A stretch of 64,000 bases of DNA, taken from positions 16,244-80,243 of the forward strand of contig CAKOXP010000004.1 in NCBI GenBank assembly GCA_934130175.1. Reading direction: 5' to 3'. Below the pieces are notes generated by a model. It did no database searches. It saw nothing but the letters and a program-made list of their open reading frames with translations, and was not told the DNA's origin. Origin of the DNA: an uncultured Bacilli bacterium (GTDB taxonomy: Bacteria > Bacillota_I > Bacilli_A > RF39 > UBA660). The number at the start of each line of letters is the position of its first letter. Position 1 is the first letter of the stretch. Of this stretch, positions 39,154 through 46,583 are shown piece after piece. Position numbers and translations under genes: made by a program.

Positions 39154-40437
39154 ATGTTTGTAGATGAAGTAGAAATAAAGGTGACTGCAGGAAAAGGTGG
39201 AGATGGTTGTACTGCATTCAGACGTGAAAAATATATTTCAATGGGAGGACCATATGGTGGAAATGGTGGCCATGGTGGAGATGTAATATTTAAGGTTGAT
39301 CAAGGATTACATACATTATTAGACTTAAGATATCAAAAAAATATTAAAGCTAGTAAAGGTGAAAATGGAAGAGGTAAGAATCAACATGGTAAAAATGCTG
39401 AAGACTTAATTGTAAAAGTTCCTCAAGGTACTGTTATAACCGATTTAGATACAGGACTTATTATTGGAGATTTAAAAGATAAGGATAGTGAAGTTGTTGT
39501 TGCCAAAGGTGGAAGAGGAGGAAGAGGTAATACTGCATTTAAAACCCAAACAAATACTGCTCCTGATTTTTCAGAAAATGGTGAAGAAGGAGAAGAAAAA
39601 AATGTTAAAGTAGAAGTTAAAATGATTGCTGATGTTGGACTAGTTGGATTACCTAGTGTTGGAAAAAGTACCATAATTTCATGTGTTTCTAAATCAAAAC
39701 CAAAAATAGCTGCATATCATTTTACAACACTTACTCCAAATCTTGGGGTCACTAGAAGCTCCGATGGTAGAAGTTTTGTTTTAGCTGACTTACCAGGATT
39801 AATTGAGGGAGCTAGTCAAGGTGAAGGGTTAGGAGATAAATTCCTACGTCATATTGAAAGAACAAAAGTTATAGCTCATGTTATTGACATGAGTGGTAGT
39901 GAATTAAGAAATCCTTATGATGATTACGTTCTTATTAATAAAGAACTTGGTGATTTTAATAAGAAACTATTAAATAAACCACAAGTTATAATTGCCAATA
40001 AGATGGATATTCCTGAAGCAAAAGATAACTTAATAGAATTTAAGAAAAAACTAAATAATGATGATATTAAAATATTTGAAGTTAGTGCTATTACAAATGA
40101 AGGATTAACAAAAGTTATTGATTATCTTGCAGATTTACTTGAAACTACTCCGGATACACCTCTATTTGAAGAAGAGGCATTTGAAAGTCATGTTCTATAT
40201 AAATTTAAGCATGAAGAACCATATACTATTGAACGTGAAGCGGATGATTTATGGGTAATTAAAGGAAAAGAAATAGAAAAAATCTTTAAAATGACAAAAT
40301 TCTCATCAGAAGAAGGAATGCTTAGATTTGCTAAAAAGCTTCGTAGAATGGGAATTGATGCTAAATTAGAGGAAATGGGAGCAAAAGCAGGAGACCAGGT
40401 CAGAATCCTAGACTTCTATTTTGATTATAAAGATTAA
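39154..40437 (+). CDS. obg: GTPase Obg/CgtA
   Basis: MFVDEVEIKVTAGKGGDGCTAFRREKY is followed by Gly-rich Obg-fold repeats. The G1 motif is GLPSVGKST, DLPGLIEGA is present, and a C-terminal OCT domain follows. Confidence 0.95.
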   Translation: MFVDEVEIKVTAGKGGDGCTAFRREKYISMGGPYGGNGGHGGDVIFKVDQGLHTLLDLRYQKNIKASKGENGRGKNQHGKNAEDLIVKVPQGTVITDLDTGLIIGDLKDKDSEVVVAKGGRGGRGNTAFKTQTNTAPDFSENGEEGEEKNVKVEVKMIADVGLVGLPSVGKSTIISCVSKSKPKIAAYHFTTLTPNLGVTRSSDGRSFVLADLPGLIEGASQGEGLGDKFLRHIERTKVIAHVIDMSGSELRNPYDDYVLINKELGDFNKKLLNKPQVIIANKMDIPEAKDNLIEFKKKLNNDDIKIFEVSAITNEGLTKVIDYLADLLETTPDTPLFEEEAFESHVLYKFKHEEPYTIEREADDLWVIKGKEIEKIFKMTKFSSEEGMLRFAKKLRRMGIDAKLEEMGAKAGDQVRILDFYFDYKD

Positions 40438-40494
40438 AAAATTTTCATTAAGCCTTGCGCTTAAGAAAAAAATATGCTATTATTAAATAGCAAT

Positions 40495-40571
40495 GGACCC
40501 TTAGCTCAGTTGGTTAGAGCATCCGGCTCATAACCGGGCGGTCATAGGTTCAAGTCCTATAGGGTCCACCA
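40495..40571 (+). tRNA. tRNA with anticodon CAT, most like lysidine-type tRNA-Ile2 (alternatively elongator tRNA-Met)
   Basis: The cloverleaf was checked by hand. The acceptor is GGACCCT/AGGGTCC, the D stem GCTC/GAGC, the anticodon loop CTCATAA and the T stem ATAGG/CCTAT, and CCA is encoded. It lacks initiator features. The 5' half resembles tRNA-Ile2 sequences I recall. Confidence 0.9.
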
Positions 40572-40576
40572 ACTAC

Positions 40577-40661
40577 GCGGGTATGGCGGAATTGGCAGAC
40601 GCGCTAGACTTAGGATCTAGTGCCGCAAGGCTTGCAGGTTCAACTCCTGTTACCCGCACCA
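40577..40661 (+). tRNA. tRNA-Leu (anticodon TAG)
   Basis: The acceptor is GCGGGTA/TACCCGC and the anticodon loop CTTAGGA. A long variable arm GCAAG-g-CTTGC is present. The T loop is TTCAACT, and CCA is encoded. Confidence 0.92.
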
Positions 40662-40674
40662 TTTTGATTATTAG

Positions 40675-40696
40675 CCGTTGTTCATCAACGGTTTTT
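40675..40696 (+). terminator. Rho-independent terminator after the tRNA pair
   Basis: CCGTTG-ttcat-CAACGG followed by T5. Confidence 0.8.
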
Positions 40697-40880
40697 ATTT
40701 TGCTTAATTTTTTTGAACCTGTCTTAAAGATGAAAAAACAAACTATGATTTAAGAAAAAAGTAGTAAGTAGTAAGAAATCTATTTTTAATGAAAAAATAA
40801 AACAAAATTTTTACTTACTACTTTTATTTAATTGGTAGTTATAGTATAATTATAATCATGATAGATAGGAGGATGGTAGT

Positions 40881-41477
40881 ATGATTAACCAAAATAAAAA
40901 AAGAAACATTTCAGCAATAGTTATTATATTGTTAGTAGTAGTAACATTAACCGGTTGTAATAAGGGTACTGACAAAAAAAGTGTAGGACAAACTAAGCAT
41001 AACGGAAATTGTAGTTCAATAGACTGCATAAAAAAAATTAAGACAAATTCCACATTGAATGATATAAATAAAACAATTGGAATAGATGGAAAAGTTGTTG
41101 ATGAAGCAAGTCAACAGTATACTTGGAAGTTATCAGATGAAGAAAGTGTAAACATAACTTTTAATTCTGATAAAGATTTAAGTGGGAATGCAGTAAAAAA
41201 AGCAACAACAATTATAAGTATTGATTATGATGAGAAAGATTTAGAAAATAAAAACTTGGATTCTTCAAAATACAAATCTGTCAATTCGTCATTTAAGAGT
41301 GGAAAATCATTAACTTACGACCAGTTTAAAGAAAAACTAGGTGGTATTGAAGGGAAACTAATTGCTAAAAGCGATACTGAAGAACAATATATATGGATAG
41401 ATGAAAATGGACGCTATATAAAAGCAATTTTCTCATTAAAAGAAAAGAAATGTATAATGGTTAATGGAATAAATTAA
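40881..41477 (+). CDS. Lipoprotein, function unknown
   Basis: The signal and lipobox are ISAIVIILLVVVTLTGC. The RBS is AGGAGGA. Confidence 0.7.
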   Translation: MINQNKKRNISAIVIILLVVVTLTGCNKGTDKKSVGQTKHNGNCSSIDCIKKIKTNSTLNDINKTIGIDGKVVDEASQQYTWKLSDEESVNITFNSDKDLSGNAVKKATTIISIDYDEKDLENKNLDSSKYKSVNSSFKSGKSLTYDQFKEKLGGIEGKLIAKSDTEEQYIWIDENGRYIKAIFSLKEKKCIMVNGIN

Positions 41478-41538
41478 TAAAAAGTTATAGTTCTAATGAA
41501 TTTTATTTTGATATTTTAAATTAACAGGAGGGTTTAGG

Positions 41539-42258
41539 ATGAAAATAAAATTAATGCAAAATGATACCAAAACAACAGATATATATCTAATAGAGGGAAA
41601 TAAAACCTTACTTATCACGTTTGCTGGTAATGGTGATTTATATTGGATTATGCAAAATAAAGCTTGTGATGAAAACGTAAAATATTCATATGATTATTTT
41701 GATATAAGTAAGGAAAATTATGAAGTGTATTCATTATTTGAGCAATTATTATCAGATATAAAAAATATAAACATTCGTGAAAATAAAGAGTTTCCTTTAT
41801 ATGTAGAAACAGATGAAGAAAAAAAAGAATATTTAGAAAATTTAGAATTAGAAAAAGAAATGTATAGAAAGTCTAATATGTCCCATTATAATGACTTATA
41901 TGATGGGGTTAATACTATTACTTGGCATTCAGATGAGACTGCATACGAAGTTTCTAATATAGTAACAATAAAAAAGATGGATGATATATTTAGAGTTGAG
42001 TTTAGTTCTCAGCCACATATAGCTGGATACGATGAAGAGTTAAATCTGTTAGGTCATATGGCAATTAGATTCTGTAACTCTGGAAGTAGGTATCATCCGT
42101 TTAATATTTTATTTATGAAAATGTTTAATAAACTACAAGAAGCAGATGACGTAAATGATTATGGGCATCAAATTCATATAGAAGAGTATCTATATAATAA
42201 AAGTAAACAAAAAATAAAGTTAAGAAAGAAAAATGGTGAAAAGAAAGAAGATAACTAA
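41539..42258 (+). CDS. Hypothetical protein
   Basis: The RBS is CAGGAGGG. I recognise no motif. Confidence 0.55.
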   Translation: MKIKLMQNDTKTTDIYLIEGNKTLLITFAGNGDLYWIMQNKACDENVKYSYDYFDISKENYEVYSLFEQLLSDIKNINIRENKEFPLYVETDEEKKEYLENLELEKEMYRKSNMSHYNDLYDGVNTITWHSDETAYEVSNIVTIKKMDDIFRVEFSSQPHIAGYDEELNLLGHMAIRFCNSGSRYHPFNILFMKMFNKLQEADDVNDYGHQIHIEEYLYNKSKQKIKLRKKNGEKKEDN

Positions 42259-42457
42259 AACGTATTTAAGAGATGTATCTAAATATGAAATTAAATTATA
42301 TATAGATGAGGATGAATTAGAAGATGCTTTAGAAGAAAAAGATATAACAGAAGAAGATTATAAATTGGTAATGGAAGTAAAAGATAAATTATTAAATGAA
42401 ATTAAGACAAATACTAATAAATTAATGAAGCTAGATTATAATAAATATTTATTTTAA
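42233..42457 (+). pseudogene. Internally deleted paralogue of the DUF402 gene at 28299-28802
   Basis: The 74-aa ORF aligns to the first ~25 aa (KKITKTYLRDVSKYEIKLYI vs KKLISKTYLRGVNKYELKIYF) and the last ~50 aa (DEDELEDALEEKDITEEDY.. vs DEDELEEALDNNEISITDF..) of the 167-aa protein. The central core is absent. Confidence 0.55.
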
Positions 42458-42473
42458 TAAAGAGGATAAAAAT

Positions 42474-42860
42474 ATGAAAGTATTAACAATAAAAGAACCT
42501 TGGGCAACACTAATAATTGATGGTTATAAAAAGTATGAATTTAGAAGTTGGAAGTCAAATTATCGAGGAAAGATTTTAATTCATGCTGGTATGAGTTATG
42601 AGTCTGATATGTTAGAAATATTTAAGAATTATGATCTTTCATGCAGTAAGGGAGAAATAATAGGTGAGGCGGAACTAACAGATTGTATTTTAGTAGATGA
42701 AGAGTTTGAAAAAGAATTATTGAATTTAGATTCTACAGTATATGGTAGAAGTCCTAAAGTGGGACGCTATGCCTGGAAATTAGAAAATATAGTGAAATAT
42801 GATACTAAAATTCCTGTAAAGGGAAAGTTGGGATTATGGAATTATGAAATAGACGACTAG
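42474..42860 (+). CDS. ASCH (PUA-like) domain protein
   Basis: MKVLTIKEPWATLIIDGYKKYEFRSWKSNYRGKILIHAG is the typical ASCH N terminus. Confidence 0.65.
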   Translation: MKVLTIKEPWATLIIDGYKKYEFRSWKSNYRGKILIHAGMSYESDMLEIFKNYDLSCSKGEIIGEAELTDCILVDEEFEKELLNLDSTVYGRSPKVGRYAWKLENIVKYDTKIPVKGKLGLWNYEIDD

Positions 42861-42891
42861 TGTAAACTAGTTTTTTTATTTTTCTTTTTAC

Positions 42892-42946
42892 TTGACAATT
42901 GAATGAATATTCAACTATAATGTTAATAGGTTGAATAAGTATTCAA
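42892..42946 (+). promoter_or_regulatory. cad operon promoter with two CadC/ArsR-type operators
   Basis: TTGACA (42892-42897), an 18-nt spacer and TATAAT (42916-42921). The inverted repeat TTGAAT-N4-ATTCAA occurs at 42899-42914 (inside the spacer) and again at 42931-42946. Both copies are followed by CTAT. Confidence 0.7.
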
Positions 42947-42975
42947 CTATTACATATAATATTAAAGGTGATAAT

Positions 42976-43347
42976 ATGGCTAAAAATGAATTTGTGTGTG
43001 ATTGTAATGTTATCCATCAAGATGTAGTTGATAAAATTACATCTGAAATGTTAAAAGATGATCTATTTTATAAGATTGCTGACTTTTTTAAAATTTTAGG
43101 TGATACAACTAGAACTAAAATATTGTTTGCCCTTGATAAGGAAGAAATGTGTGTCTGTGATATAGCAAACGTTTTGAATATGAGCAAATCATCTATTTCT
43201 CATCAATTAGGAACACTCAGAAGAAGTGGTATTGTTAGATGTAGAAAAGAGGGTAAGGAAGTTTATTATATGCTAGATGATGATCATGTTAAAAAAGTTA
43301 TTGAAGTTGCAATTGAACATATAGAACATAAGGAAGGAAGAGGTTAA
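42976..43347 (+). CDS. cadC: ArsR/SmtB family metalloregulator, CadC-like
   Basis: An N-terminal Cys pair (VCDCN) and the alpha3 motif EEMCVCDIANVL are present, with the HTH SKSSISHQLGTLRRSGIV. AAAGGTG precedes ATG 42976. Confidence 0.85.
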   Translation: MAKNEFVCDCNVIHQDVVDKITSEMLKDDLFYKIADFFKILGDTTRTKILFALDKEEMCVCDIANVLNMSKSSISHQLGTLRRSGIVRCRKEGKEVYYMLDDDHVKKVIEVAIEHIEHKEGRG

Positions 43348-43349
43348 TT

Positions 43350-43574
43350 ATGAAAAAGAAAAAATATAATATTGAAGGATTAGATTGTGCTAATTGTGCA
43401 CGTGAGTTAGAAGAAGCTATTACTAAAATTGATGGTGTTTCTAGTGTAGTTATAAATTTTATGATGCAAAAAATGGAAATATCTTATGATGAAGAAAATG
43501 AAAAAGAAATACTTTCTAATCTTAAAAAAGTGATAAAAAAAGAAGAACCTGATGTTTCTTTAAGTGAGATTTAG
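43350..43574 (+). CDS. Stand-alone heavy-metal-associated (HMA) domain protein
   Basis: YNIEGLDCANCARELEEAITKIDGV carries a CxxC metal site. It is in the same frame as cadA, separated by TAG 43572-43574 and three codons. Confidence 0.8.
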   Translation: MKKKKYNIEGLDCANCARELEEAITKIDGVSSVVINFMMQKMEISYDEENEKEILSNLKKVIKKEEPDVSLSEI

Positions 43575-43583
43575 GAGAAACTT

Positions 43584-45422
43584 ATGAAAAAAAGAATTCA
43601 AAAAATAATAATAGCATTAATTTTATTTATATTAGGATTAATAATTAATGTTGACAATATTTGGATTAACAATACACTATTTATTCTTAGTTATATTTTA
43701 GTTGGTTATGATATCTTAAAAAAGGCTTTTAGAAATATTACAAGGGGAAAAGTATTTGATGAAAACTTTTTAATGGCAGTAGCAACAATTGGAGCATTCT
43801 TTGTTGGAGAGCTAGAAGAAGCAGTTGCTGTTATGTTATTTTATCAAATAGGCGAAGTATTCCAATCATATGCGGTTAATAAATCACGTAAATCTATTGC
43901 GTCTCTTATGGATATTAGACCAGATTATGCTAATTTATTAATTGGAAAAGAAATAAAAAAAGTAAGTCCTGAAGATGTAGAAATAGGTTCTACCATCTTA
44001 GTAAAACCTGGTGAAAAAATTCCTATTGATGGAATTGTTATAGATGGAGACTCTAGTTTAGATACTAAAGCTTTAACTGGAGAAGTAATTCCTAAGGATG
44101 TTTTAGTAGGAGATGAAGTTTTAAGTGGTTGTATCAATTTAAATGGATTACTTAAGATACAAACAGTTCAAAAATTTGAAAATTCTACAGTTAGTAAAAT
44201 CTTAGATTTAGTAGAAAATGCAAGTAGTAGAAAGTCAAAATCAGAAAATTTTATTTCTAAGTTTGCAAAATACTATACACCAATAGTAGTAATCATTGCT
44301 TTGTTTTTAGCAACAGCAGTGCCATTTTTTACTGATAAAAATTACTCAAGTTGGATTTATAGGGCACTATCATTTCTAGTTGTTTCATGTCCATGTGCTT
44401 TAGTTATTTCAATACCTTTAAGTTTCTTTAGTGGAATTGGATCTGCATCTAAGAAAGGTATTTTAATAAAAGGTAGTAATTATCTAGAATTACTTTCTAA
44501 GGTTTCAACAGTTGTATTTGATAAAACTGGTACTTTAACAAAAGGTGTTTTTAAGGTTCAAAAAATAAATGCTATTGATATTAGTAAAGATAAACTACTT
44601 TCTTTTGCAACAACAGCAGAAGCCTTCTCAACTCATCCAATTGCTAAAGCTTTAAAGGAAGAATATAAAAAAGATATTGATTTATCAAAAGTAGTTAAAC
44701 ATGAGGAGTTAGCAGGGTTTGGAATCCATGCAAAAATTCAAGAAGATGATGTTTTAGTTGGTAATGATAAACTCCTAACTAAAGAAAAAATTAAATTTGA
44801 TAAATCAGATGATATTGGAACAATTATTTATGTTGCGGTTAATAAAGAATTTAAAGGATATATTGTAATTTCAGATGAAATCAAAGAAGATACCTATAAA
44901 GCTATAAGTCTATTAAAGAAATCAGGTATCAAAAAAACTGTTATGCTTACTGGTGATAAAAAAGAAGTCGGAGAAAGTGTTAGTAATAAGCTAAAACTAG
45001 ATTCTTATTATACAGAATTATTACCACAAGATAAAGTTTGTAAAGTAGAAGAGTTAATGAGTCAAAATGATACTTTAGGAAAACTTGCTTTTGTTGGTGA
45101 TGGAATTAATGATGCTCCAGTACTAGCATTGGCCGATATTGGTATTGCTATGGGTGGAGTTGGTAGTGACAGTGCAATAGAAGCTGCAGATATAGTTATT
45201 ATGACAGATGAAATATCAAAAATATCTTCAGCAATAAAGATTTCAAAAAAAACAATGCTTATTGTAAAAGAAAATATAATCTTTGCTATAGCAGTTAAAA
45301 TCCTTGTTTTATTATTAACAGCCTTAGGTGTTTCTTCAATGTGGCAAGCAGTATTTGCAGATGTTGGGGTTTCAATTATCGCAATTCTTAATTCATTAAG
45401 AGTTTTACTATCTAAAAAATAA
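43584..45422 (+). CDS. cadA: Cd/Zn/Co-translocating P1B-type ATPase (lacking fused HMA domain)
   Basis: The TM6 motif is SCPCALVIS, the phosphorylation site DKTGTLT and the hinge GDGINDAP, with TGE in the actuator. Confidence 0.92.
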   Translation: MKKRIQKIIIALILFILGLIINVDNIWINNTLFILSYILVGYDILKKAFRNITRGKVFDENFLMAVATIGAFFVGELEEAVAVMLFYQIGEVFQSYAVNKSRKSIASLMDIRPDYANLLIGKEIKKVSPEDVEIGSTILVKPGEKIPIDGIVIDGDSSLDTKALTGEVIPKDVLVGDEVLSGCINLNGLLKIQTVQKFENSTVSKILDLVENASSRKSKSENFISKFAKYYTPIVVIIALFLATAVPFFTDKNYSSWIYRALSFLVVSCPCALVISIPLSFFSGIGSASKKGILIKGSNYLELLSKVSTVVFDKTGTLTKGVFKVQKINAIDISKDKLLSFATTAEAFSTHPIAKALKEEYKKDIDLSKVVKHEELAGFGIHAKIQEDDVLVGNDKLLTKEKIKFDKSDDIGTIIYVAVNKEFKGYIVISDEIKEDTYKAISLLKKSGIKKTVMLTGDKKEVGESVSNKLKLDSYYTELLPQDKVCKVEELMSQNDTLGKLAFVGDGINDAPVLALADIGIAMGGVGSDSAIEAADIVIMTDEISKISSAIKISKKTMLIVKENIIFAIAVKILVLLLTALGVSSMWQAVFADVGVSIIAILNSLRVLLSKK

Positions 45423-45445
45423 TACGTTGTTTTACGTATTTTTTT
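45421..45445 (+). terminator. Rho-independent terminator after cadA
   Basis: AATACGT-tgtttt-ACGTATT followed by a T-run. Confidence 0.75.
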
Positions 45446-45455
45446 AATTTTTGTG

Positions 45456-45509
45456 TTGACATATGACAACTTGTCATAATATAATGTAGTAGCATGTGAC
45501 AGCTTGTCA
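45456..45509 (+). promoter_or_regulatory. Promoter with two TetR-type palindromic operators
   Basis: TTGACA (45456-45461), an 18-nt spacer and TATAAT (45480-45485). TGACA-N3-TGTCA lies at 45464-45476 (in the spacer) and at 45497-45509 (downstream of the -10). Confidence 0.7.
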
Positions 45510-45531
45510 TGTGAAAAAGGAATGTGATAGT

Positions 45532-46113
45532 ATGCCTAGTAAAACTTTTTTAAATTTACCAGAAGAAAAAAGACAAAAATTACTTAAAGCAGCAACAGAT
45601 GAGTTTTCAAACACAAGTTTTTTTGACGCCTCAATTAACAAAATAATTAATAATGCTAATATTTCTAGAGGTAGCTTTTACATGTATTTTGAAGGAAAAG
45701 AAGAATTATTTGAATACATCCTCGATTCTTACAGTTCTAATCTTATAGAAATAGTCAAAAAAGAATTAATAAATAGTAATGGCGACTTAAGAGAAAGTTT
45801 TATTAATCTTTATGATGAACTATTAATAAGAATTAGTAAGATTAAGTATAAAATATTTTTTAGAAATGTATTCTTGTTTCTAAATTTGAAGCGTGAAAAA
45901 ATAGAAAATAAAGGAAAAATTTTATTTGAAGAAGTTAAATCTTATATTTCTACCTATAATATAAAAAATGCTGATTTAAATTTTGTTTTTCTAGTGTTAA
46001 TGCATAATTTATTTTTCTGTATAGCAGATGCGCTACGTACTGGTAAAAAAGAAGAAACTAAAGATGTATATTTAAAAAAATTAGATATGATTTGTTATGG
46101 ATTTTATAAATAA
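45532..46113 (+). CDS. TetR/AcrR family transcriptional regulator
   Basis: The N-terminal HTH is FFDASINKIINNANISRGSFYMYFEGKEELF. Confidence 0.85.
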   Translation: MPSKTFLNLPEEKRQKLLKAATDEFSNTSFFDASINKIINNANISRGSFYMYFEGKEELFEYILDSYSSNLIEIVKKELINSNGDLRESFINLYDELLIRISKIKYKIFFRNVFLFLNLKREKIENKGKILFEEVKSYISTYNIKNADLNFVFLVLMHNLFFCIADALRTGKKEETKDVYLKKLDMICYGFYK

Positions 46114-46127
46114 GAAAGAAGGTATAT

Positions 46128-46583
46128 ATGAAGTATTATCAAAAATTTTATAATTTCATGAGAAATAGATATGGTACTGACTTATTAGAAAAAGATTTGA
46201 TGAAGTTCTACTTTATCCTGATAATAATTGATTTGTTTGTAAATAGCTATGTTTTGTTGGGATTAGAACTACTTTTATTTATAATTATCATTTTTAGATT
46301 CTTTTCAAAGAATATTAAAAAAAGAAGAAAAGAAAATGATAAGTACTATAAGATTAAGGAAAAATTAAAGAAACCTTTTAAAAATATTTCTAGAAATTAT
46401 AAAGATAGAAATGATTATATTTATAGAAAATGTCATAAATGTAAGACAATTCTTAGATTGCCACTTCCTCCTAAAAGGGGATTTAGGTATGCTAAATGTC
46501 CAAAATGCAAAGAAAGAGTTAAGGTTTTTACCTTAAAAAAACAAAAACAAGAAATAATTAGGAAGGATGAAGTAAAATGTTAA
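46128..46583 (+). CDS. Small membrane protein with C-terminal zinc ribbon
   Basis: The TM is FYFILIIIDLFVNSYVLLGLELLLFIIIIF. The zinc ribbon is CHKCKTIL...CPKCKERV. It overlaps the ABC gene by 7 nt. Confidence 0.6.
   Translation: MKYYQKFYNFMRNRYGTDLLEKDLMKFYFILIIIDLFVNSYVLLGLELLLFIIIIFRFFSKNIKKRRKENDKYYKIKEKLKKPFKNISRNYKDRNDYIYRKCHKCKTILRLPLPPKRGFRYAKCPKCKERVKVFTLKKQKQEIIRKDEVKC

Noticed and set aside
40443-40460. The hairpin TTAAGC-cttgc-GCTTAA just after obg as a terminator.
   Set aside because: On the + strand it is followed by an A-run, not a T-run. It also overlaps the putative -35 (TTGCGC) of the tRNA promoter, so it is not convincing as an intrinsic terminator.
45062-45469. A 135-aa minus-strand ORF at the 3' end of cadA; the same applies to 43925-44137, 48195-48688 and 51124-51570 on the minus strand.
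   Set aside because: These ORFs are antisense to motif-rich genes (P-type ATPase, ABC exporter, sigma factor). Their composition is that of a mirrored coding strand.
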